Below, in pieces: positions 9,680 through 17,713 of a DNA stretch of 64,000 nt. The notes beneath the pieces are model-generated. The model had not been told where the DNA came from, ran no database searches, and saw only the letters and a program-made list of their open reading frames with translations. The stretch covers positions 1-64,000 of the forward strand of contig JACRHS010000016.1 of the NCBI GenBank assembly GCA_016217595.1. The letters run 5' to 3'. The DNA comes from Opitutia bacterium (lineage in GTDB: Bacteria; Verrucomicrobiota; Verrucomicrobiia; Opitutales; Opitutaceae). The position numbers were made by a program, and so were the translations under genes. Positions within the stretch are counted from its first letter, which is position 1; every line of letters starts with the position of its first letter.

Positions 9680-10208
9680 GTCCGGCCCCCGGTCCCGGCG
9701 CGCCTTCACCCTGATCGAACTGATCCTGGTCATGGCTCTGCTTGCCATCGCCGCCGGACTGGCTGCGCCGCGCATGGCGTCGTTCTTCCGTGGTCGGACG
9801 CTCGACCAGGAAGTGCGGCGTTTGCACGCGCTGGCCAATTACGCGCAAAGCCGCGCGGTGGCCGAAGGCATGCCGGTGGTGTTGTGGCTCGATGCGCGCG
9901 CCGGCACCTACGGGCAGATGATCCAGACCGGTTTTGTCGACTTCGATGAGCGCGCGACGACCTTCACCGTGGATGCCACGCTGGCGTTGGAGACAACTGC
10001 TGCGGAGCCGACGCAGGCTTACGAGCCGGTCGATGAGACGCCCAACTTGCCCGAGGGGCAGGCGATGATCCGGTTTAGCCCCGAAGGCTATGTGGACGAG
10101 ATCAGCGTCCCCAAGGTTACTTTGCGCCAGGGCACCGAGATGGTGCGCGAGGTAGCGCTCACGGCCAACGGCCTCGGTTACGAAATTCTTCCCGCTCATG
10201 CGCCGTAA
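9645..10208 (+). CDS. gspH: minor pseudopilin (GspH-like)
   Basis: Prepilin-type N-terminus SRRAFTLIELILVMALLAIAAGL. Size and position after gspG. Start is uncertain: ATG 9645 overlaps gspG by 35 nt, and ATG 9603 is also in frame. Confidence 0.6.
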   Translation: MTSPTAQIPPVESGPRSRRAFTLIELILVMALLAIAAGLAAPRMASFFRGRTLDQEVRRLHALANYAQSRAVAEGMPVVLWLDARAGTYGQMIQTGFVDFDERATTFTVDATLALETTAAEPTQAYEPVDETPNLPEGQAMIRFSPEGYVDEISVPKVTLRQGTEMVREVALTANGLGYEILPAHAP

Positions 10209-10617
10209 TCCCGCCCAACGCTCACGCCGGGGTTTCACGCTCGCCGAGGTGCTGTGCGCGCTCGTGCTGATGGCGATCGTCATCCCGGTGGCGATGCAGG
10301 GCGTGAGTGTGGCGAGTCGCGCGGGATCGCTCGGCGAACGCAAGGCCACCGCCATGCGCATCGCGCGCAGCGTGCTCAACGAGCTGCTCGTCACCGAACA
10401 GGCCATCGAGACTTCGGCCAGCGGCACCGTGACCGAGGGCAGCACGGCCTATCCCTGGACGATGGAGTCGACGCCGTGGAGCGAGGACGCGATGTCGGTG
10501 CTCACGGTGAAGGTGACATTTTCGGTGCAGGGCAACAGCTACGACGTCAGCGTCAGCACACTCTACGATCCGTACGCGTCGTCCACCACCGCAGCCATCC
10601 CGGAGGCGATGTTGTGA
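10198..10617 (+). CDS. gspI: minor pseudopilin (GspI-like)
   Basis: 139 aa. Prepilin N-terminus SRRGFTLAEVLCALVLMAIV. Gene order. Confidence 0.65.
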   Translation: MRRNPAQRSRRGFTLAEVLCALVLMAIVIPVAMQGVSVASRAGSLGERKATAMRIARSVLNELLVTEQAIETSASGTVTEGSTAYPWTMESTPWSEDAMSVLTVKVTFSVQGNSYDVSVSTLYDPYASSTTAAIPEAML

Positions 10618-11324
10618 TGCGCCGCCGCACCTCCAGTCCATTTGACCAACGCGGCTTCACGCTGCTGGAAATCCTGCTCGCCACGGTGGTGGGCGCGATG
10701 GTGCTGGTGGTGATTCAGGGTGTGTTTTTCGGTGCGCTGCGGCTGCGCAACACGACGAGCGATCGCATGGCATCGGATCTCGTGCTCCAGCGGACACTGC
10801 GGCTGGTCGAGCGCGATCTATCGGGGCTGATGTTGCCCGGCGGCACGTTGTCCGGCGAGTTGCAGAGCGTGCCGGATTCCTCGCTTACATCCGAGGTTGC
10901 GGGCGAGCGGATTGGCCCGGATTTCTATACCAACTCAGGCCAGGTGGACGGCCGCACGCCCTATGCCGACGTGCAGATGGTCACCTACTATCTCGCACCG
11001 GCTGCCGATGGCGCCGCCGGCAAGAGTCTGGTGCGTTCGGTGACGCGCAATCTGCTGCCCACCCTCGACACCACGGTTACTGAGGAGCGGATACTGATGA
11101 GCGGCATCGCGGATGCGGCGTTCGAATATTTTGACGGGCTTGGCTGGACCGATGTGTGGGATTCCGCCGAGACCCAGACGCTGCCCTCGGCCATCAAATT
11201 CCGGCTCCTGCTCGCCACGAACGACACGAATGGAGTCACGCCGGAGCCGATCGTGATCGTCGTGCCGATCGTGGTAACGACAACGACCAGCCAGACGCTG
11301 GCGTTGGAGGACATCGCGCCGTGA
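10617..11324 (+). CDS. gspJ: minor pseudopilin (GspJ-like)
   Basis: Prepilin N-terminus DQRGFTLLEILLATVVGAMVL, ~235 aa. ATGA overlap with gspI. Confidence 0.65.
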   Translation: MRRRTSSPFDQRGFTLLEILLATVVGAMVLVVIQGVFFGALRLRNTTSDRMASDLVLQRTLRLVERDLSGLMLPGGTLSGELQSVPDSSLTSEVAGERIGPDFYTNSGQVDGRTPYADVQMVTYYLAPAADGAAGKSLVRSVTRNLLPTLDTTVTEERILMSGIADAAFEYFDGLGWTDVWDSAETQTLPSAIKFRLLLATNDTNGVTPEPIVIVVPIVVTTTTSQTLALEDIAP

Positions 11325-12685
11325 GCACGCACCGAAAATTTTCGCCGCTGCACTCTCACCGCGCAACTCGTGGCGCTGTGCTGGTCATGGTGCTGTGGAT
11401 CGTCTTCGGCCTGGTGGCATTGACGCTCTACTTCGCCAACTCGATGAGTTCGGAGCTGCGCGCCGCCGACAATCGCGTGGCGCAGATCGCGGCCGAAGAG
11501 GCGGTCGCGGGCGGGGCGCGTTACGTGGAATTTATTCTCAGTCAGTTCGCCGTGAACGGCGCGGTGCCGGTGGCGACGGATTACTCGGCGGAAGCCGTGC
11601 CGGTGGGCGATTGCTACTTCTGGATCATCGGACGCGATCCGAATCTGGAGCTCACCGATCAGCCGTTTTTCGGCATCGTGGATGAATCCTCGAAGATCAA
11701 TTTGAAAAACGCGAGCCAGTCGATGCTCGAATCGCTGCCGGGGATGACGCCGGAGTTTGCCGCGGCAATTCTCGACTGGCACGACACCGATTCGAACCCG
11801 CGCGAGGGCGGCGCCGAGGACGATGTGTACGCCCGGCTCGATCCGCCCCGGCTCTGCAAGAATGCGGCATTCGAGACGGTGGATGAGCTGCGTCTCGTGT
11901 ACGGTTCCACACTCGATCTCCTGTACGGCGAGGACGGCAATCGCAATGGCGTGCTCGATCGCAACGAGGATGATGGCGAGCAGTCGCTGCCGTTCGACGA
12001 TCGCAACGGTGTGCTCAACCCCGGGCTCTTCGAGTACGTGACCGTTTACAGCGCGCAGCCCAACACGCGCAGCGATGGTTCGCGCCGTGTGAATGTCACC
12101 GATAGCACCGAACAGGGTCGGCAGCGTCTGCGGCGCGTGTTGAGCGATAAACTCAATCCCGGCCGGGCGGATGAGATCATCAACCGGATCGGCAACATCG
12201 CGCTCACCAGTGTGCTGGAGTTCATCGTGCTCGCCCGTCTGACGGCCGAAGAATACGCGCAGATTCGCACCGATATTTCGGCCAGCGCCTCTGCCACGGT
12301 CAGCGGGCTCATCAATGTTGCCACGGCGAGTGAGACGGTGCTCGCCAGCATCCCCGGCATCGGGCCGGAAAAAGCGCCGTCGATCATCGCCTACCGGCAG
12401 GCGAATCCCGACAACCTCGCCTCGCTGGTTTGGGTCGCCGAGGTGCTGGGTGACAGCGATGCGAGACGCGCGGGGCGTTATCTCACTGATCAGTCTTATC
12501 TCTTTTCCGCCGACATCGCCGCCGTCGGCCGCTCCGGGCGCGGCTACGCCCGGGTGAAATTCGTTTTCGATATGAGCAAAGGCAAACCACGCATCGTCTA
12601 TCGTCAGGATCTGTCCGCCCTCGGCTGGGGTTTGGGCGCGACGGTCCGCGAGACGCTCAAACAAGCGAAGGAGACCTGGCAATGA
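11321..12685 (+). CDS. gspK: GspK-like large minor pseudopilin
   Basis: N-terminus RGAVLVMVLWIVFGLVAL resembles GspK (RGVALIxVLW). ~450 aa with an HhH-like region (ASIPGIGPEKAPSIIAY). GTG at 11321 overlaps the gspJ stop (GTGA); an alternative ATG is at 11387. Confidence 0.7.
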   Translation: MSTHRKFSPLHSHRATRGAVLVMVLWIVFGLVALTLYFANSMSSELRAADNRVAQIAAEEAVAGGARYVEFILSQFAVNGAVPVATDYSAEAVPVGDCYFWIIGRDPNLELTDQPFFGIVDESSKINLKNASQSMLESLPGMTPEFAAAILDWHDTDSNPREGGAEDDVYARLDPPRLCKNAAFETVDELRLVYGSTLDLLYGEDGNRNGVLDRNEDDGEQSLPFDDRNGVLNPGLFEYVTVYSAQPNTRSDGSRRVNVTDSTEQGRQRLRRVLSDKLNPGRADEIINRIGNIALTSVLEFIVLARLTAEEYAQIRTDISASASATVSGLINVATASETVLASIPGIGPEKAPSIIAYRQANPDNLASLVWVAEVLGDSDARRAGRYLTDQSYLFSADIAAVGRSGRGYARVKFVFDMSKGKPRIVYRQDLSALGWGLGATVRETLKQAKETWQ

Positions 12686-14085
12686 AAAGGATCGGTAAAA
12701 AACGGCCCCAGTCCGTACTCGGCCTTACGTTGGAGGGCGGTCGCCTGCGGGCGTGCCACGTCCGGCGGGTGAAAGGGCGGCTCGAAACGGGCAAGGCGAT
12801 TGCGGAGCCGCTGGCGCTCGACCTCTCGCGGCAGGAGCCCGAATTGCTCGGCGCAGAGATCAAAAATCTGCTCAACGCGGCGGGGCTGCGCGAGCGCCGC
12901 TGCGTGGCGGCAGTGCCGGCCGGGTGGGTGATGAGCCTGCACACGAAGTTGCCGGATCTGCCACCGGAGGACCTGGAGAGCTTTCTGCAACTGGAGACGG
13001 AGCGTGGCTTCCCCTGCGACAGCGCGCAGTTGCAGATCGCGCGTTCTTTCCATCGCACGGCGACGTCGGCGTACGTGATGCAGCTGGCGGTGCGCAAGGA
13101 ACAATTGGAACGGCTCGCCGAAGTGATGAAAGCGGCCGGGCTAAAGCCGGAGAGTTTCACGCTTGGCCTGACCGCATTGCCCGGCGTGCTTGCCGCGGAA
13201 GGCAAAGGCGGCGTGACCGTGGCGGTCGATCCCGCGGGTGCGACGCTGCTGTTCGCGGCTGGCGGCGGCATCGCGGCGTTTCGCTCTTTCGAGGCGGTGG
13301 TGGAGGCCGAGGCCGGCGCCCGGCTCGTCAATCACGCGGCGGTGGCGCGCGAGTTGCGCATCACGCTCGAACAAGTGCCGGCGGAGTTGCGGAGCGAGCT
13401 GCACGGCCTGCGATTGCTCGGCGACGAACCCATGGTTCGGCAGATGGAGGAATGCCTGGCCGGCTGGGCTCGCGGCACCGGACTGACCTTGGAGGCCGGC
13501 GGCACACCCGAGGGCCGCATGGCCGACGCCGTGGCGGAATATCTCGCCCGCGGCTGGTTGGAAAGCGACGCGGGTGCGTTAAACTTTCTACCGCCACGCC
13601 AGAGCCAGTGGCATCGCCTGATCGCGCGTTACAACGCGAAACGGCTGGGCACGATCGGCGCCGCGCTCGGCGCGGCGGCGGTGATCGCGCTGGGCGCATT
13701 CGTCTGGCAGGAGTTCCGGCTGTGGTCGTTGCGCTCGACGTGGTCCGATATGAAACCGCAGGTGACGGAGCTGGAGGCGGTGCAGGCGCGCGTGCGCGAG
13801 TACCGGTCGTGGTACGACACGAGCTACCGTTACCTGAGCGTGCTGCGGCTGGTCACAAACGCGTTCCCCGACAACGGCAGCGTGACGGCCAAGACTTTTG
13901 AAATTCGCAATATGTCGGTCGTCAGCGTCTCCGGTGTCACCCGCGACAACGCGGCGTTGCTGAAGACGCTCAACCAACTGCGCCAGACCCGCGAAGTCAC
14001 CGGCCTCAAGGTCGAACAGATCCGCGGCAAGTCGCCGTCGCAGTTCACCTTCAACTTCCGGTGGAACGGAAACACCAGCCCATGA
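12682..14085 (+). CDS. gspL: GspL-like (PilM-PilN-like fusion): cytoplasmic actin-like domain, one TM helix, periplasmic domain
   Basis: 467 aa. N-terminal cytoplasmic region, single TM (IGAALGAAAVIALGAFVW), periplasmic C-terminal domain. ATGA overlap with gspK. Confidence 0.6.
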   Translation: MKRIGKKRPQSVLGLTLEGGRLRACHVRRVKGRLETGKAIAEPLALDLSRQEPELLGAEIKNLLNAAGLRERRCVAAVPAGWVMSLHTKLPDLPPEDLESFLQLETERGFPCDSAQLQIARSFHRTATSAYVMQLAVRKEQLERLAEVMKAAGLKPESFTLGLTALPGVLAAEGKGGVTVAVDPAGATLLFAAGGGIAAFRSFEAVVEAEAGARLVNHAAVARELRITLEQVPAELRSELHGLRLLGDEPMVRQMEECLAGWARGTGLTLEAGGTPEGRMADAVAEYLARGWLESDAGALNFLPPRQSQWHRLIARYNAKRLGTIGAALGAAAVIALGAFVWQEFRLWSLRSTWSDMKPQVTELEAVQARVREYRSWYDTSYRYLSVLRLVTNAFPDNGSVTAKTFEIRNMSVVSVSGVTRDNAALLKTLNQLRQTREVTGLKVEQIRGKSPSQFTFNFRWNGNTSP

Positions 14086-14624
14086 ATCTCCCTCATCGAC
14101 AACGCTGGCTCGTGATTCTGGCCGGAGCCGCCGTGCTGCTGCTGGTGCTGGACAGCATCGTATTCACGCCACTGGCGAAATATTGGAAGGATCGCTCGAC
14201 CGAGATCGTTTCGCTGCAGAAACAAATCGCCAACGGTCGGAGCATGATCGAGCGGGCGCAGCACACCGAAGGTCTCTGGAAAGAAATGCAGGCGGGCGCG
14301 CTGCCCAAGGACCCCGCGCAGGCTGAACAAGAAGTGATTTCCGCCTTCGACCGCTGGGGCCAGGCGAACGGGGTTACGCTCGGTTCGATCAAGCCACAGT
14401 GGAAGCGTGGCGCCAATGCCCGCTACTCCTTGCTCGAATGCCGCATCGATGCCACGGGCACGCTGGCGAATCTCACCCGCTTTCTTTATGAGGTCGAAAA
14501 ATCTCCGCTCGCGCTCCGGATCGATTCCGTGGAACTCGCGACGCGCGACGACTACGGTCAGAAACTTTCGCTCGGCCTGCTCATCAGCGGCCTGCGTCTG
14601 ACTCCGTTGGAGGGCAAACCATGA
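14082..14624 (+). CDS. gspM: GspM/PilO-like bitopic membrane protein
   Basis: Short N-terminus, TM (WLVILAGAAVLLLVL), coiled coil, periplasmic domain. ATGA overlap with gspL. Track start 14061 is GTG. Confidence 0.5.
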   Translation: MNLPHRQRWLVILAGAAVLLLVLDSIVFTPLAKYWKDRSTEIVSLQKQIANGRSMIERAQHTEGLWKEMQAGALPKDPAQAEQEVISAFDRWGQANGVTLGSIKPQWKRGANARYSLLECRIDATGTLANLTRFLYEVEKSPLALRIDSVELATRDDYGQKLSLGLLISGLRLTPLEGKP

Positions 14625-15268
14625 AGAAGTCATACCACCCGCCGGGACGCACCCTCAGTCACCGCGGTTGTGCCATTGTCGTATTAACGCTCTGCCTCGT
14701 GCTGTCGGGCTTCGCCGCCCGGGACGCGAGCCAGCCGCGCAACAATGCCGTGGCAAAAGCCGCCAAGGTCGCGCCGGCCGATCCATTCGACCCGTTTCGC
14801 CTGATCGGTGAGCGAAATATTTTTAATCCCAATCGCGTCGGCGCCTCGAACCGCAGCGCGGTGGTCGAGCCGGCAGGTCCGGTAGGCGATACCATCACGT
14901 TGGTGGGCACGTTGGAATCGGAGCAGGGGCTTTATGCCTTCTTCGATTGCGACGACCCGAGCTTCCGCAAGGTGCTAGCTCCGGGAGCAAAAATTGCGGG
15001 CTATACCGTGGCGCAGGTGCAGACCGGAAGCATCGCGCTCGAACGCGATGCCAAGACGACTCCGCTGCGCGTCACCGGTCAATTGCACCGCGCCGAAGGC
15101 GGCGATTGGACCATCGTGACCGGCGAAGCGGTCCGCCGCGAAACGCCCTTGATTCAATCCGGCCCTGAACGCGCCGGCACAGGCAGCAGTTTGCCCGCCA
15201 TCCCCCCGGATGCCTCTGAAGTGCTCAAGCGACTCATGGAGAAACGACAGCAACAATTGAAAGAATGA
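14621..15268 (+). CDS. GspC/PilP-like secretin-interacting protein (HR-type beta-sandwich, no PDZ)
   Basis: TM anchor, Pro-rich linker, PilP/GspC-HR-like segment ITLVGTLESEQGLYAFFDCDDPSFRKVLAPGAKIAGYTVAQVQTGSIALERDAKTTPLRVTG. ATGA overlaps at both ends. Confidence 0.5.
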   Translation: MKKSYHPPGRTLSHRGCAIVVLTLCLVLSGFAARDASQPRNNAVAKAAKVAPADPFDPFRLIGERNIFNPNRVGASNRSAVVEPAGPVGDTITLVGTLESEQGLYAFFDCDDPSFRKVLAPGAKIAGYTVAQVQTGSIALERDAKTTPLRVTGQLHRAEGGDWTIVTGEAVRRETPLIQSGPERAGTGSSLPAIPPDASEVLKRLMEKRQQQLKE

Positions 15269-16470
15269 AAACGATCATCCTCACTCCGAAATTCTGGCTT
15301 GGCTTCGCCCTCCTCGCGGTCGGCGCTACCGCGCAAGAGCAACCTCCCTCGTCTGAGACCAAGGCCCCGCCGCCTGAATCCGCGCCCGCCGATGTTGCCG
15401 CCGCTAAAAAGGAGGCAGGGCTGCGCTTCAACTTCCGCGGTGCGCCGCTGGAAATGGTGCTCAACTATCTGAGCGAGGCCGCCGGCTTTGTCATCGTGCT
15501 GGAGACGCCGGTCCGCGGCTCGGTCGACATGTGGAGCGCCCAGCCGGTGACCAAGGAGGAGGCCGTGCAGTTGCTCAACCTCGCGTTGAACAAGAACGGC
15601 TTCACCGCCACCACCCAGGGGCGCAACTTGATCATCGCCTCCAAAGACGAGGCCAAGAAGCGCAACATCCCGATCCGCACGGGCAACGATCCGAAGGAAA
15701 TCCCCATGACGGCCGAGCTTGTCATGCAGATCATTCCGCTGCGCCACATCGATGCCATGCAGGTGTCGCGCGATCTCGCCACGCTCATCCCGAGCAGCTC
15801 CACGATCACGGCCAATCAGGACAGCAATTCGCTGGTCGTCACCGACACCCAGATCAACATCCGCCACGTGGTGGAGCTGGTGGCCGCGCTCGACACCTCG
15901 GTCGAAAGCGTCACCGCCATGAAGGTCTTCCGGCTCACCAACGCCGATGCCGTCGAGATGGCGCAGCTGTTGACCAGTATCTTCCAGACGCCGAACACCA
16001 ACACGGGGGCGCGTACGGCCGCCGCGATGCCCTTCAACCCCGCCGCGATGATGGGCATGGGGGCGATGCAAAACGCCGCCGCCAACATGATGCGCAACCG
16101 CGCGATGCAAGGCGGCTCTCGCAGCACCGGCACACAGGACCGGCGGCCGGTCGTGGTCACGGCCGTGGCCGATCCCCGCACCTCGTCGGTGATCGTGACG
16201 GCGACAAAGAACATCATGCCCCAGATCGCCGAGATCGTCGCGCAATTGGATGCCGACGCCGCCAGCCAGCAGAAGGTCTTCGTCTACACCATGGAGAACG
16301 CCAACGTCCGCCAGGTGGAGACGGCGCTGAAGAATATTTTCCCCAGCAGCAACAACCGCAGCACGAACACCAATCAAAACGACCCGTTGACTACGCGCGC
16401 GGCCAACACCCAGCAGCAGTCGAACTCGTCACTCTCCGGCAACTCGTCCGCCAACCGGCTACGGCGGTAA
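15265..16470 (+). CDS. gspD: secretin N-terminal-domain protein (GspD N0-N1-N2 plus first half of N3), own signal peptide
   Basis: Signal peptide MKTIILTPKFWLGFALLAVGATA|QEQ. N0-like domain and repeated Secretin_N-type beta-alpha...RTNSLIV...LD units. Ends right after beta1-alpha1 of a further Secretin_N unit (QKVFVYTMENANVRQVETALKNIF) in an N/S/T-rich tail, then TAA. Confidence 0.8.
   Translation: MKTIILTPKFWLGFALLAVGATAQEQPPSSETKAPPPESAPADVAAAKKEAGLRFNFRGAPLEMVLNYLSEAAGFVIVLETPVRGSVDMWSAQPVTKEEAVQLLNLALNKNGFTATTQGRNLIIASKDEAKKRNIPIRTGNDPKEIPMTAELVMQIIPLRHIDAMQVSRDLATLIPSSSTITANQDSNSLVVTDTQINIRHVVELVAALDTSVESVTAMKVFRLTNADAVEMAQLLTSIFQTPNTNTGARTAAAMPFNPAAMMGMGAMQNAAANMMRNRAMQGGSRSTGTQDRRPVVVTAVADPRTSSVIVTATKNIMPQIAEIVAQLDADAASQQKVFVYTMENANVRQVETALKNIFPSSNNRSTNTNQNDPLTTRAANTQQQSNSSLSGNSSANRLRR
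16354..16375 (+). repeat. direct repeat copy 1 (AACCGCAGCACGAACACCAATC, encodes NRSTNTN)
   Basis: 20/22 identical to 16616..16637. Lies 5' of the secretin break. Confidence 0.7.
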
Positions 16471-16510
16471 TGCGCTGCGGCTCCCTCAATCGAACGCAAA
16501 GGAAATTACC

Positions 16511-17653
16511 ATGATCCCAACGCTTTTTCCCTCGTGCCCGCGCGTATTGCTGGCTCTCGGTCTGTTGCTTCTGGCCAGCCCGGCCGGCTTGTTGGCGCAA
16601 AATCGCACCAACACCAACCGTAGCACCAACACCAATCGCTCCAACGCAGGTGGCAATGCCAGCCGCGCCGGCAGCGCCGGCTCCCGCCAGTATTCCAATT
16701 CCACCATGGTCGGCGACGCCACCATCACGAGCGACCCCGAGACGCGCCGTCTCATCGTCGTCACGGATGAGGAGACCAACAAACAAATCCGCACCATCAT
16801 CGCCAGCCTCGACAAACCGAAGCCGCAGGTGCTGATCAACGTCGTTTTCCTCCAGGTCACACACAACGACAACCTCGACCTCGGCACCGAGGCGACTTGG
16901 ACGGACCGCGCATTGGGGCCCAACAAGAGCATCCTGGCCACCGCTTCCACCGGCTTCGGGCTCGCGGCGGCTGCGGCCGATCCCACCACGGCGGGCGGTT
17001 TCTACCGGCTTCTCGGCAATGATCTCAACGCGACCATTCACGCGCTCGCGGCCAAGAACAAAACCGAGATTCTCTCCCGCCCGTCGGTGCTCACCCGCAG
17101 CAGTCAGCAGGCGACGATCATGGTCGGCCAGTCCGTGCCGATCATCACCAACTCGCGCGTCAGCGACACCACCAATACCACCATCAACACCGTCCAATAT
17201 CAGGACGTCGGCATCATCCTCCGCGTCACCCCGTACATCACGGAAGAGGGGCTCGTGGAGATGATCGTGTCGCCGGAAATTTCGTCGCTCAGCGCGCAGA
17301 CGGTGCCGATCTCCAACAACGTCAGCTCGCCGGTGATCGATCGCCGCTCGGCTGACACGGTGGTTGTCACACCCAGCGACCGCACCGTCGTCATCGGCGG
17401 CCTGATCTCCACGCAGAAGACGAAAAAGCAGAACAAGGTGCCGATCCTCGGCGACATTCCGCTGCTCGGCATGGCGTTCAAACGCAACATCGACGCCGAC
17501 GAGAAGACCGAGCTGCTGATCTTCCTCACGCCGCACGTCGTGCAGCGTCCCGAGGACTTGTCCAATTTGGCCAACAGCGAGCGCAACAATCTGGAAATGG
17601 CGCCCAAGGCTTTTGAGCAAAAGGAACTCAACAAATATCTCGGCAAACCCTAG
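16511..17653 (+). CDS. gspD: secretin C-terminal protein (second half of N3 plus secretin pore domain), own signal peptide
   Basis: AAGGAA 7 nt upstream of the ATG. Signal peptide MIPTLFPSCPRVLLALGLLLLASPAGLLA|QN. N/S/T-rich stretch, then ATITSDPETRRLIVVTDEETNKQIRTIIASLDKP (beta2-beta3-alpha2 of Secretin_N). Secretin core follows (LSRPSVLTRSSQQATIMVG...VPILGDIPLLGMAF...TELLIFLTPHVV). Confidence 0.8.
   Translation: MIPTLFPSCPRVLLALGLLLLASPAGLLAQNRTNTNRSTNTNRSNAGGNASRAGSAGSRQYSNSTMVGDATITSDPETRRLIVVTDEETNKQIRTIIASLDKPKPQVLINVVFLQVTHNDNLDLGTEATWTDRALGPNKSILATASTGFGLAAAAADPTTAGGFYRLLGNDLNATIHALAAKNKTEILSRPSVLTRSSQQATIMVGQSVPIITNSRVSDTTNTTINTVQYQDVGIILRVTPYITEEGLVEMIVSPEISSLSAQTVPISNNVSSPVIDRRSADTVVVTPSDRTVVIGGLISTQKTKKQNKVPILGDIPLLGMAFKRNIDADEKTELLIFLTPHVVQRPEDLSNLANSERNNLEMAPKAFEQKELNKYLGKP
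16616..16637 (+). repeat. direct repeat copy 2 (AACCGTAGCACCAACACCAATC, encodes NRSTNTN)
   Basis: Lies 3' of the internal signal peptide of the second secretin ORF. Tandemly reiterated locally (TNTNRSTNTNRS). Confidence 0.7.
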
Positions 17654-17713
17654 GCCTTTCGACTCCAATGATCCGGGCCGTCGCTGTGGAGCGATTGTCC
17701 GGCTCCAGTCCCG

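Noticed and set aside
16354-16700. Sequencing frameshift as the explanation for the split secretin
   Set aside because: Tentatively rejected. The second ORF has a well-placed Shine-Dalgarno and a textbook signal peptide that would be nonsensical as read-through loop sequence. It cannot be excluded without read-level data, so it is kept as the refutation test in the finding.
6186-17653. Type IV pilus (pilBC...MNOPQ) reading of the cluster
   Set aside because: The major pilin-like protein has the GspG signature (DPWGxPYxYxxPG, C-terminal acidic cluster). A GspK-like large minor pseudopilin is present. No PilT/PilU retraction ATPase is in the window.
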